A stretch of DNA of 64,000 nt from Octopus bimaculoides (taxonomy: Eukaryota). The first letter of the stretch is position 1; every line of letters starts with the position of its first letter. The notes under the pieces were generated by a model, which did no database searches, had not been told where the DNA came from, and saw nothing but the letters and a program-made list of their open reading frames with translations. Both the position numbers and the translations under genes were made by a program. Positions 12,159 through 24,567 of the stretch are shown here, piece after piece. The stretch is from assembly GCF_001194135.2 (NCBI RefSeq), contig NC_068994.1, forward strand, positions 58,111,210 through 58,175,209. Direction: 5' to 3'.

Positions 12159-12242
12159 CAAACCATCTGTTTGTAGTAAAGCTTTCAGTTCTTCAATTTT
12201 ACACTGAGCTTCGAAGAGATCCGATTCCAGAGTACGACATAA
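12159..12242 (-). CDS. JAKMIP: JAKMIP-like exon (LCRTLESDLFEAQCKIEELKALLQTDGL)
   Basis: cttctacttcttatag| acceptor, |gtaagt donor, 84 nt phase 0-0. Aligns with recalled ...[21 protein letters not shown]. Not in the ORF track. Confidence 0.9.
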
Positions 12243-12533
12243 CTATAAGAAGTAGAAGAGAGAGAGAGAGAGAGAGAAATAGAATAAACAGTAGGGTATT
12301 GACAGAACAGGGATGATTGGGTAGATTCTGTTGAATGGAGATGCTGGGGTGGATGTTGTGTTGATGTTAGCATTCACAAACTCAAATGCACACACCCGCA
12401 CAAGGTACAATGCACCCACACATTCTGCTTGCACGCATACACAACAACATGCCCCCCCCCCATACAACACGGTTAATTCAAGAGGTGGGGGGGATAGTGG
12501 TATTAGTGACAGGATGGTGATGTTGTGCCTTAC

Positions 12534-12659
12534 CTTCAACTCTCGTTCTGGGTCCAATGCACTGGAAGTTTGTGTCTGAAGGAGCGTGTAAGACTTCTTC
12601 AGTTCTAAGTGTTCACGCATCAATTGACGGTAGCTACGTTCTATTTCCTCTCGAGCATA
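12534..12659 (-). CDS. JAKMIP: JAKMIP-like exon (YAREEIERSYRQLMREHLELKKSYTLLQTQTSSALDPERELK)
   Basis: cccttccactgcag| acceptor, AAG|gtaagg donor, 126 nt phase 0-0. Matches recalled JAKMIP ...[39 protein letters not shown]. Confidence 0.93.
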
Positions 12660-12689
12660 CTGCAGTGGAAGGGATAAAAATATATTAGA

Positions 12690-12732
<43 letters not shown>

Positions 12733-13071
12733 GAGAGAGGGGTGAGTGGGACGATGGGAAGGTGGCAACAGAGAAAGAAAGGAAGGAAGGGGGAATAGTG
12801 AGTAATGATGGAAGAGAAGATATTTTTATGTTTGAGAGTGGAGCATGTAACATGGGGTTAGATAAAGGGGAGAATCAGTGGTGGGGGAGATGAGAGAAAG
12901 AGAGGGGGGCAAGGGTCAGGGAGAGAATGAAGATTCACAAATGTGAATGTAGACAGTGTCAACGTGTGTAGACAGTAGAGACATGTGTGTAATGGGAGTA
13001 GACAGTGTTGACATGTTTGAAGACGGATACAGTGTGACTGGGTGATGTAAATAAAAATCAGGGGTCCGTAC

Positions 13072-13185
13072 CTCATCCCAAATATCCAGCTGGTTTTCTT
13101 CTGTACCATTGTCCATGGGTAGAGAGGAGACTGATACTTCAGAGTCAACAGAACAAGCATCATCATCTCCATTGGTGTTGGCACA
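13072..13185 (-). CDS. JAKMIP: JAKMIP-like exon (CANTNGDDDACSVDSEVSVSSLPMDNGTEENQLDIWDE)
   Basis: tgtgtttcag| acceptor, GAG|gtacgg donor, 114 nt phase 0-0. Acidic Ser-rich linker in the position of the JAKMIP ...EEASLESDGSSVSY... segment. Confidence 0.85.
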
Positions 13186-13593
13186 CTGAAACACACAGCA
13201 CACAAAACATATAAGATGGTTGTAACTTGTAATTAAGACTAGATTACAGAGAGAGAGAGAGAGAGATAGAGAGAAAGAGTGTAGANNNNNNNNNNGTGTG
13301 TGTGTGTGTGTGTATATGGTTCATGCAGTTTCGGTTGCTTTTTCTGAAGAGCTGTAGTGCACCTTAGCATTGTATACAATAAGTTCAATATTATTTTAAT
13401 TTTAAGCATACTAGTTACAAGTTGGTTTCTACAGTCCCCCCCAAAACAATACATATTTATTCAATCTGATATATTTGGATATCACCCATATAAAATTAAA
13501 CTTGTTCTGTTAAGGGTCATAGATTTCACTGACCACAAAACAGAAATGAGAATGCATGCAAGAAATCTGATCGTTTTTTTTCTGATGACATTT

Positions 13594-14600
13594 GATGGGA
13601 AAAGCATAATGAAGATTTCTTCAATGTAAGCACAGAAGCCATGGATTCTGTGGAATTCCAAACTTAATTGGAATGTATATTCCAGACTTAATTCACAATA
13701 GGTTCCGTACTATTATCGGAGGAATTTATAGTGACTTAATCAAACAATTCAAACATTTTGATGTATAGATTATAGTGAGTAGTGACCTCAAAACAGGCAA
13801 TTTCTTAGACGTGGCATTCCACCTTATTAATGCAATATTCCAACCATACATTAAATATAATGATTCAATATAAAATATAGAAACAAGAACGCCAAACCAT
13901 TGACTGTGTATGCTAAGTAATTTATTCAACAAGCTGAACAAACAGAGCAACACAATTTCATATGACAAATATATACAACAATGAACAGGAATCTGGTGTT
14001 TTTCTAAGGAACCATTAGATATAGTAAACATAAATGGCACAATGCATGGAAACGTTGCAGAAAGTCAATGGGTATTCCACCATTTTTGACAAATGTAAGA
14101 AGAATGAGCAGCAAAACCTTTTATCATTTATATATATATATAAAAAAAAAAATGACTATTTCTACGCATACAGATATAGGAAAATTTTTAATTATAAATT
14201 TACAGAAAAGAAGATATTTGATAATAACTAAATCAATAAAACAATTAAGAATTTAAATCGGATCACAACCAGGTGAGAGCAAAATGCAAGTGTCACACTC
14301 TTAAGTGGGCCAAACCGTTGGAAACTGCCAGGAAAAATGAGTTAAGTAAGCAGCCACTGTCATATCCAAATTAACCAAAATGTTATTGAATATATGAGTA
14401 TGATGAAATAGTTTATGGGTTGCCCTGATCAAGATCATTACAAAGAAAATTAGGCACAAAGCTAGCAAGATGTGATTTTCAAAAAAATAACAATGGAGCC
14501 TATATCTTAAGTTGGTAGTTCCTAGATAAGGCACCGATTTAAATGCAACCAAATTTACTGCATTCTTTTGCAACCTGGAAAACCTATCTTGAAACATCAA
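13594..14600 (+). mobile_element. Decayed Penelope-like retroelement (RT and GIY-YIG remnants)
   Basis: Frameshifted peptides WEKHNEDFFNVS../..LIGMYIPDL../..SDLKTGNFLDVAFHLINAIFQPYIKYND resemble the PLE RT (FDVTMGS..ELVGLY..NLKIVNFLDVTFNL..YKPY.KPN). TKLARCDFQKNNNGAYILSW*FLDKAP near 14450-14540 resembles the GIY-YIG C-terminal part. Recalled consensus. Confidence 0.7.
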
Positions 14601-15054
14601 ACCAAAATAGTGAAGAAAATATCCAGAAATAATCTCAGCTTCACATGTTCAGGTACCAACAGGAGTAACACGAAATTCCAACAGAATAAGCAATTCCGTT
14701 TCGTTTCAGTTTTACTTTAGATATTATTTCAAGTCTAATTAGTAATAATTAGCAATCTCATTTCATTACAAATACTCGCATAGAAATCTCAACGATATCC
14801 CTGTAGGGAAATAGGGAAACCCAATTCGAACACAGTTTCTATTCATTGTCATCACTTATTTTCTCTTATAATTGTATGAGGGGCTTAATTAGGAATCAGT
14901 GAGAGTAATCTCCCTCATTCAATAAATAAACTTAGCAAATGACAACTTGCAGGTCCCAGTCAGCATACACAAATAAATAAATAAAATAAATAAATAATAT
15001 ATATATATATACATATATACACATGTACATTAAATTATACAAAAATATCATATG

Positions 15055-15329
15055 GATGGGAAAAGCATAATGCAGATTTCTTTGATGTAAGTACTGAAGC
15101 AAGCCATGGATTCTGTGGAATTCCAAACGTAATTGGAATGTATATTCCAGACTTAATTCGCAATAAGTTCCATGCCATTATCAGAGGAATTTATAGTGAC
15201 TTAACCAAACTATTCGAAAATTTTCTATGTATAGATTATAGTGAGTAGTGACCTCAATAAAGACAATTTCTTAGACGTGGCATTCCACCTTATTACTGCA
15301 ATATTCCAACCAGCAATTAAATATAATGA
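15055..15329 (+). repeat. Second direct copy of the Penelope-like RT segment at 13594-13863
   Basis: About 270 bp visibly colinear with 13594-13863; reads WEKHNADFFDVSTEASHGFCGIPNVIGMYIPDL... Confidence 0.9.
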
Positions 15330-16742
15330 AGAGTGCAGATGACATACAAACAGATGCAGCTGCCTAAAAAATTATGAAGAATCAAACACACCAACATAAC
15401 CAGTCAATGAACAAGAGTACCTCACTATTGAAACACAGTAAAACAAATAAACAAAAGCATTTATCTATAATTTTATCTTTAAGAAATAACAAGTAGTTGG
15501 ATTATTAAGCATTATCTGAAGAGACATGATGAAACTAATAGTAGTAATGCGAGTTGAAAGTATAAGCTTATCTGTGAATTGCAGTGGGTGTGATCGGGCA
15601 GCTTGTGTCATGCTTTCATTAGTTGTTTTAGATAGCTGTGTAGGTGTGAGGAAACACAGACATTCCTGAGTGAAACATCAAGCAACAACTGGAGGGATGA
15701 AGGGAGAGCTGTACCAGCAATTGGCCAGAATCCATTTTCAGTAAACTGGTGAAATATGAAATGAAGTGCCTTGCTCAAGGAGAAAATGTAATGCCCAGCC
15801 AAAGGATTGGACCCATGACCATTTGATCATGCTCCACATCCTACAACTAGGTCACACACACACCTTCATATTTGAAAAAACATTCTGCTAATACACAAAC
15901 ACATGTACATACATTCATATTGAACACTATGTATGGTGAATGGAAAAGAGGAAGGAGTGAAGGGTAATTATCTGTATAGGAGAGAGAGAGAGAGAGAGAG
16001 AGCTACTGCAGATGGCAACAGTGAGTGGAAGAGTGTTGATGAGAAAGAGAGAGAGANNNNNNNNNNTATCTGTATAGGAGAGAGAGAGAGAGAGAGAGAG
16101 CTACTGCAGATGGCAACAGTGAGTGGAAGAGTGTTGATGAGAAAGAGAGAGAGAGAGAGGGAGAGAGCTCTATTAATAAACACTGTAATGGTGTCAGGAC
16201 AGAAAGCTATTGATTACAATACTAAATTCATTAGCCTCATCAATTAACATCTGTTTTCCAAGCTAGCATGGGCTGAATTGTCTGTTCTGGCATGGTTTCT
16301 ATGGCTGGATGCCCTTCCCAACGTCAACCACTTTATAAAGTGTGGAATGAGTGCTTCTTACATGGCACAAGCAGAGCTGCCAAGTAGCTTGCAAGACAAA
16401 GACCTCTGGTGTCATTATAAAGGCTTCTGATGTCATTACAATTGGTGAGATGACTGTGAAAGGATCTCACAAAGTTGGTGAAAACCCTTTTGGCAAGGGA
16501 GTTTGTGGGCTGAGCAATATATTGAAAGAGTGTTTGCATCTCAGACAACTGCTTTTGAAGATGTAGTCGTGGGTTAAAAAGCCATCCAGTTTGTTGGGGT
16601 GGAGCAGACTGAAGATGCACGATGTGTAGAGATATAAAGGTCATGATAAAGTGAACAGGATATCTAAGATGCAACTTGCCAAAAGACCGAATGAAAGGAC
16701 TGCAGTGACCTGAAAGTCTGTAGGGAATAAAATGCAACTCAC

Positions 16743-16814
16743 CTTTTCCAAAGATCTTCGTAATCGCTTCTTCATTTTTCTGTGTTGGATTAATTCAATT
16801 CTTCTATCTTTTTC
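16743..16814 (-). CDS. JAKMIP: JAKMIP-like exon (EKDRRIELIQHRKMKKRLRRSLEK)
   Basis: tttgtttattttcttag| acceptor, AAG|gtgagt donor, 72 nt phase 0-0. Basic segment like JAKMIP ...ERDKLLRFRKQRKK. Confidence 0.85.
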
Positions 16815-17705
16815 CTAAGAAAATAAACAAAAATCAAGAACATTTCAGACTACAACTGTTCCACACAGACATCATACATATAATAGACTTCAGTGGAAAT
16901 CCTTTTACACTGGAAATCAAATATAGCAACTACTGTAACTACTATTATCAATTACTACAACCAAAATATCATTTGTTATTTATTGAAGTTTATAACGAGG
17001 TATAAATATTAATGGTATTTTGTGATTTTCATTCATTTCCAACAATTTAGCAAGCAGATGGTTGAAACGGGGAGAGTTTAATGTGAAGAGAGGGAGACTA
17101 TTACAAGGGAGGTAACTAGGGATGTACTTAGAGAGTAAGGTGCGTGCACACACACACACACACGATGGGCTTCTTTCAGTCTCCGTCTGCTAAATTCACT
17201 GACAAGGCTTTGGTCAGCCTGAGGCTATGGTAGAAGACACTTGCCCAAGAGACCATGAAGTGGGACTGAACCCAGAACCATATGGTTAGGAAGCAAACTT
17301 ACCACACAGCCACACCTGCACTTGCATATTCTCTTCATCTCATGCCTTCTTTTACTTCATTATCAAAATAATTATCGTTAAGGTGGCGAGCTGGCACAAT
17401 CATTAGCACACCGGGTGAAATGCTTAACGGTATTTCATCTGCTGCAACGTCCTGAGTTCAAATTCTGCCAAGGTTGACTTCGACTTTAATCCTTTCAGGA
17501 TCAATAAAATACATACTAGTTATGCACTGGGATTAAAGTAATCGACTCTCCCCCTCCCCACAAATTTCAGGCCTTGTGCCTATAGTAGAAATGATTATCA
17601 TCATCACCATTTTCGTCTAGCAACATCCAAACTGTTTCCACACAAAGATATGGTAAAAAAACAATCAATAAATCAATGTGGATTTTCTCTTAGATTCCTA
17701 GACTT

Positions 17706-17742
<37 letters not shown>

Positions 17743-19105
17743 GTATGTGTGTATTGACGAGTATAGATGTGTGTGAGTGAGTGTAGTTCGTGTATGTGTG
17801 TGTGTGTGTGTGTGTGCGTGCATGTGTGTGTGTGTGGGATCATGACTTATGGAAGTAATTTCATTGGTTCATTGTGATATAAAGAGTCTGACCAGATTTG
17901 ACCTCTGCTCTCCAACAACAATGTCACCACCACTACCACCACCACCACTAACAACAACAACAACAACAACAGTTACAAGAAACATTTCAATGATGAAAAG
18001 AGAAAATAAATTGTTGCATATTTATTGAAAATCTGATAACAAAATATTACATTCAAATTAGACTGTAGGCTGGTGGTGGTGGTGGTGGAGGGGTGTGATT
18101 ATGGTGCTTGTGATGAAGATAAAAGATAATGATGAAGATGGTGGTGGTGGTGGTGGTGACAGGGAAGGTGGTAGTGATGGTGATTATGACGATGATGATG
18201 AGCATCATCATAATCTCCATCAACACCACCACATTCACCATCATTATAAGTGGGTTACCAAGGAAACAAATTGGAGAAAATAAAATAAAATCCAAAATGT
18301 TTTTTAAAAAAAGTTATTCAACCATAGACTCTTATTTAGGCTACAGTAAGTAGTAGTAGTAGTAGTAGTAGTAGTAGCAGCAGCAGCTAATGCCTAGAAT
18401 TCAAGCCAAAATTGAAGCCAAAATTTCTGCAGGAACTGAAGAGGGGGAAGAAATATTAAAAAGTCAACAGATAAACACGACCACTTGAACTAATTTTCTC
18501 AGCACCCAATTTTGGCACCGAGTTATTCAAGTGGCATCACTTAGCAAACATGGTTGATATTCCAAGCAACTGGCCACTTCACTGAATCATAATCATTTCA
18601 GTTTCCTGAACACTAAATAAACATTGAATATGTCAAACATTCGCACAAGAATCTAGAACTGAGCATGTGTTACAATTATGAGTCAGAAAATATTCATGAG
18701 GGTGTCAGAGTATGGAGGGTGTACGACAAAAAAATCTAGGACGAGATGGTTTGTGAGTCAGACAACATTTGGGAAGGATGACAATGGTGTATTAAGAGCA
18801 GACTCAGGGTGGATAATAACATCAGGGTGTGAGGGGATAAGGGTGAGTCTTAATCACTAAATGGTTTGTTATTCAGACAATGTTGGTAAAGGATGGTAAC
18901 CTAGGGTACAGACATGACTTAGCGAGTTTGAGATATGGGACATAAGGGTGTTGAACTTGGGTGGATGATGTATTACTGAGAGATTATGATGTGAGAGGAA
19001 GTTGGGTTATCATTGTAGAAGATAAAGTGAGCTGCTTTGAGATATCGTATAACAGCTCAGTTAAGACAAATGGAGGTATATAAGAGGACAAGATGAGCAG
19101 AGGTA

Positions 19106-19290
19106 TGAGGTTTGGTCATAAAGTATCTGGACTGTTGCTATGGTAACAGAGCTAAAGTACGCAGAGTGAAGCTGCTAGGCTCAAATTGACCTTGAACTCT
19201 TTTGTACACAAACACAAAGTTATAAAGTTCTCGCTCATTTCTGATGTTTATTGCAGTGCTTGGAAGTAAAGTGTGTAGGGTGTGGTCATT
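19106..19290 (+). mobile_element. Mariner-type 5' end fragment
   Basis: TA followed by TGAGGTTTGGTCATAAAGTATCTGGACTG, resembling mariner TIRs (TACGAGG...AAGTATCCGGACT); recalled consensus. Confidence 0.55.
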
Positions 19291-19370
19291 TCAAAAACAA
19301 GATTGGATTTCAGCTATGCAGGATCTCATTGTGTCAAGGAAGATGAATATTTTTAGAAAAGAGCCATAAA

Positions 19371-19485
19371 TAGTTCTATATTTAAGAGACGAGGAATTAT
19401 GACTACATTATTTACATTTGATGAATATTTGTCCTCATCTTGTTTGTTGTTAACACAGCGTTTCGGCTGATATACTCTCCAGCCT
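19371..19485 (-). repeat. 5'-truncated copy of the hammerhead-bearing repeat (see 35951-36194)
   Basis: Near-identical to 35951-36066; breaks at stem II and lacks CTGATGA. Confidence 0.9.
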
Positions 19486-20364
19486 GAAGATCCTGTGTGC
19501 CTACAGAGGAATCCCAAAGTAGTAAGATACTGACTCCACCAAAATAAAATATTATATTCTGTAAAGTGGTTGGTGTTAGGAAGGGCTTCCAACTGCAGGA
19601 ACCACACCAAAGATAACACTACAGCTTGATGCAGCCCTGTAGCTCACCAGTTCCCCATCAAACCATCCAACTCATATGTCAGCATGGAAAGCAGACATTA
19701 AATGATGATGATGATGATGATGAGGTAGGCTTCCATACAGTTTGTCTATAAAATTCCTTCCACCAAACATTGGCTGGCATCAGCTGAAGGTGTCACAGAG
19801 TGAGGTCAAACTGAGACATTGTTCCCAAGCAGATTCCTTCAGCAACCATTGAATAGATTATGGTGTAGCAGCCACCTCACAGCAGAGTCTGTTTCCTATA
19901 GAATGGTTTTGATAAACAGAATGTGGCAGCAGATAGCAGAACAGACACAGACTGTCTAGAAGAGTGATCAAGGTTGTTTACCAAACTTGGTCAAAGGCAC
20001 AGAAGAATCCTGCTTACATTAACAATCAAACATCTTGTTTTGGCCTGTCTGATATGTGTATGTGCGTAATTCTGGTTGTGTGTGTAGGTGTGTAAGTGCT
20101 TTTGAATGTTTATGTAATTTTGACTGTGTGCATGTGTATGTGTGTGTGTGTGTGCATAGACATGGATGTGCATTGTGTGTACATGTGTAAACTTGAATGT
20201 GTGTGTGTGTAGAGAGAGAGATGGCTGTAGAGCATATCTAGGTGAATGAGTATGTAGATATGGGTGTAAATAGTGTGTGTATGTGTGTGTGTGTTTAGGC
20301 AGATGGTAGATGCTTGTGTGTGTGAATACGTAGATATGGATTTAGAGATGTGTATGTAATATAC

Positions 20365-20423
20365 CCAAAGATGCAGAAGGCTGTTCATATGTTTCTGAAG
20401 TACGGAATCTTTGTCTTCTGCAT
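20365..20423 (-). CDS. Candidate JAKMIP-like exon (xAEDKDSVLQKHMNSLLHLW)
   Basis: aacatag| and TGG|gtatat, phase 1-0, open; compatible with the exon at 16743-16814; homology unconvincing. Confidence 0.35.
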
Positions 20424-20544
20424 CTATGTTATACAGTGAGTGTGTGTGTACTTTACTGTGCATCAATACATGTAGGAAGGAAGGAAGGAAGACAACAAGT
20501 ATTTTTGGTTACAACTACAGTATGTAGAAATATATACGTGTATG

Positions 20545-20633
<89 letters not shown>

Positions 20634-21063
20634 TCAAACGTCCGCAGCTACTACTCCTACTACCACCCCCACCATTACTGATGTACCATTCAGCAATGCA
20701 TCATTTAAGGCACAAGTGTGAGCATATGTACATGAGACGACAAAAAACAGTTATGTGTGTGTGTGTGAGGTAGAGATAACAGTCATGTAGAAGCTACATG
20801 TCTTTTGCGTCTAGCTATGTTAACAAACACGGTTAGACACACCCACATGGGAATGCACATCCTATATCACACACACACACACACAATGGAAATTCTAAAG
20901 CTCAGATGCACACACACACACTCAAATTCAGACAAATAGAAGGAAGGAGGCCACATCTGTCAAGTAGTCTCTACCTGTTGGTAGGGGTTGGTGATGGAGT
21001 GGGGTGGTGGTGGTTTGAATCTATTATCATCCAAAGAAATCTCAATGCGCAATAATTTCTTAC

Positions 21064-21116
21064 AGAGCTGAACAGTTTCCCAAACAGACACTGCCTCTTC
21101 CTCTTCCTTCCCCTCA
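21064..21116 (-). CDS. Candidate JAKMIP-like exon (xEGKEEEEAVSVWETVQLx); could extend to a second donor at 20975
   Basis: ccaatgcag| acceptor; |gtaaga donor (phase 2-1) or CAG|gtagag (phase 2-0), frame open in both cases. Confidence 0.4.
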
Positions 21117-22295
21117 CTGCATTGGTGGTATAAGCACAAATGAAGGAGGGAGAGCAGGGGGAGGGGGAAAACGTTCTTGTAAAGTGATACTCCCTTCCCC
21201 ACCCCACCCCACGACTGGTGGATTTTGTTTTTTTAACCTTTTATTGTTTACTTGTCTTAGTCATTACACTGTGGCCATACTGAAGCACTGCCTAGAAGAG
21301 TTTTTAGTGAAATGAATTGACCACAGTATCTATTTTTTTCAATTTGGTACTTGTGCTGACAGTCTCTTTTATTGATGGGATTCTTTCAGTTTCCATCTAT
21401 CAAATCCACTCACCAAGTCTTTGGTTGGCCAAAGGCTATAGCAGAAGACACTTGCCCAAGGTGCCACATAATAGTGGGACTGAACTTGGGACCATGTGGT
21501 TCGGAAGCAAGCTTCATAACCACACGGCCATGGCTGAGCAATGCCAGTGCTGGTGCCACTTAAAAAGCATCCAGTCCGCACTGCAAAGCGGTTGGTGTTT
21601 GGAAGGGCATCCAGCTGTAAAAACCAAGCCAAAACTGACCTCACCTGTGCAGGTGTTACATAAAAAGCACTTGGTCCACTCTACAGGGGGGTTGGTGTTA
21701 GGAAGGGCGTCCAGCCATAAAAAACCTTGCCAAACACAGACACAGAAGTCAGGTGCAGTCTTCTGCCTGGTCAGCTCCTGTCAAACCGTCCAACCCATGC
21801 CAGCATGGAAGGAGGACATTAAACGATGATGATGATGATGATGTTTTCCTTGTGAACGAAGGCAAGCAATTCAGAATGTCTCGCGGACCACAGTGTACCC
21901 AGGACTGAGGTTCACTATGGCCCCTGGGGGAGCATCAGGGCCAATTACAGTGGTTGTATACATACAGTGTCAGAACTAGTTTCAGCCAGATGGACTGGGC
22001 TATGTAATGAGTTTGTTGACCTTACAAACAGCGGGGTGTTACTGCCTCCAGTTGCTACTTAGAGTGACACCTAGTTTCAGCCAAGTGGACTGAGCTACTT
22101 GAGTTAATGAATGTAAATGGCGCTGCAAACAGCACAGAGCTGTATAATGTGTGCGTGTATGTAGAAGAGTGGTTAATTAATGCAAACTGATTGAGATGTG
22201 GTAGAATGAGAGAGAGAGAGAAACGGAGGAAGAGGAAGATAAAGAGTGCCTCTCACACACACATATATATATACATACACCGCATATTCAAATAC

Positions 22296-22332
<37 letters not shown>

Positions 22333-23327
22333 CATATACACATATACATTAAATATTTTTTATCGTTTTACTGGTTTCAGTCATTAGACTACGACCATGC
22401 TGGGGCACCACTTTGAAGAATTTTAGTTGAATGAATCAACCCCAGTATTTTTTTAAAGCCTGGGACTGATTCTATCTCTTTTGCCGAACTGCTAAGTTAC
22501 AGGGACGTAAACATACCGACACTGGTTGTCTAGTGGTGGTGGTGGTGGGAGGGGCGCAAACACAGCGATAGGATGGTCATGGCCCGGAATACCTTTGATT
22601 ATATGATTTGATCAGTCGGGGTTGAATTGGCTCTCACTAAATCCCTTGTTATTTAGCTACTTCTACAGCACCACCACCACCATGTACTGTCAGACCAGTC
22701 CCTTATCCTTCCACCTCACTGTCACCACCACCGTCATTGTAGTAACAAATATACAGAATCAATGTGACAATATCGAACTGATTAAAACACTTAAGCACAC
22801 ACACACACACAGCATTACCGTCAGGTAAAAAAACCTGAGGTGTAAACAAAGCAATAATATTGTAAAGATGTTCAAAGTAGTAGCAGCAGGAGTAGTAGTA
22901 GCAGCAGTCAAAACAGTACTGCCATCTTTTCTGGGAAATGAATAGCATTTGTGTATACACACACACTCACAAACACCACCACCAGAAGTGTGTATGTGTA
23001 TATGTATGAGTGCGTGTGTGTATGTTATAGACAAACGCATACACACAGAAAAGAAAGAACGTAAATTGTGCCCACTCCACTACACAACAATATTGTAGGG
23101 TAGCAAAAGGGGGTATGTTAGGTTCTGCAAGCAGCAGCTCCTCGTACCCAACTACCCTGACAACATTGAAGAGTAGATGGAGGCAGAGCTGAAGGTATTT
23201 CTCCATGGTGGTGGTGGTGGTAATGGTGTGTTTATGGAGAAGACTGCGATACTGGCCTTACAATCTCCATACCTTCTCACCATAGGCGTGATGTGCATGT
23301 GTATACACACATATAGAGAGCTAGATG

Positions 23328-23382
<55 letters not shown>

Positions 23383-23411
23383 TTTGCAGTGAGAAGCAGG
23401 AAAATAGAAAC

Positions 23412-23463
23412 GTTGCTAGGGCAACACAAGTGTCCTTAAATGTCTAAACTGTTGCTAGGTAAC
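23412..23463. promoter_or_regulatory. Pair of RFX X-box-like motifs
   Basis: GTTGCTAGGGCAAC (23412-23425) and GTTGCTAGGTAAC (23451-23463) versus the X-box consensus GTYNCY-AT-RGNAAC; in unique sequence. Confidence 0.55.
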
Positions 23464-23574
23464 CATAAAGTCCACAGAAATCTGCTGCGTACTTCCTTCC
23501 ATAATAACCAAGATTTCCCAGACACAGAACATCACAGACACCCACCACATTGCCTGTGTTGTGCTATCTATACG

Positions 23575-23611
<37 letters not shown>

Positions 23612-24529
23612 AGACATTTTAAGATATCTATGGCTATGTGTCTTGTTTTTTACTGGTTTTCAGTCATTAGATTGTTGCCATGCTGGAGCACCACCTTGAA
23701 GAATTTTAGTTCGATGCATTGACCTGAACACTTTTCTTTTTAAGCCTGGTGCTTATTCTATCGGTCTCTTTAGCTGAACCGCTAAGTTATGGGGATGTAA
23801 AAACACCAACATTAGTTGTCAAATGTGTGTGTGTATTCGTGCGGGTGACACGTAAAAGCACCCACTACACTCTCTGAGTGGTTGGCGTTAGGAAGGGCAT
23901 CCAGCTGTAGAAACTCTGCCAAATCAGACTGGAGCCTGGTGTTGCCATCCGGTTTCACCAGTCCTCAGTCAAATCGTCCAACCCATGCTAGCATGGAAAG
24001 CGGACGTTAAACGATGATGATGATGATGATGATATATATATATATATATATACACACACACTCGGCTTGCGAAGACCTGTTGGGGTAATTGAAAACGAAA
24101 TCGTGATGGCACCTGTACCAGTGGAGCACTAAGAGCACCGTCCGAGCGTGACCGTTGCCAGAGCACCTGTCTGGCTTCCGTGCCAGTGGCACGTAAATAG
24201 CACCATTTGAGGGTGATCGTTACCAGCATCGCCTTCCTGGCACTTGTGCCGGTGGCTTGTGAAAAGACATTCGAGCGAGGTCGTTGCCAGTGCCGCTGGA
24301 CTGGCTCCTGTGCAGGTGGCACGTAAAATACACCATTTTGAGCATGACGATATCTACCTGTCTGTCTGTTCATCCAGCAAGCTAGCTATATCTCTATAGG
24401 TCATGTGAAATCAAACAGCAGAGATTGAATTGTTGGAAAGCAGACAAATGCATGATGAATGAGATTAACTCTACCATAATCTCAGAAGATTAAGAATTAA
24501 ATCATTACAATACACGTACATAGCAAATG

Positions 24530-24567
<38 letters not shown>

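Noticed and set aside
15524-15540. CTGAAGA...GAAAC hammerhead-like core after the Penelope copy
   Set aside because: No stem II or stem I pairing
15983-16160. Direct duplication around a 9-N gap (same pattern at 59140-59240)
   Set aside because: Most likely a contig-overlap assembly artefact
16350-16720. Non-repetitive, coding-looking stretch next to the exon at 16743
   Set aside because: Stops in all plus frames within short distances and no recognisable motif; probably an unidentified TE remnant
19134-19147. X-box GTTGCTATGGTAAC
   Set aside because: Lies inside a mariner-like terminal fragment, so it is probably TE sequence
21317-21829. 170-aa ORF
   Set aside because: Made entirely of family B and C repeats
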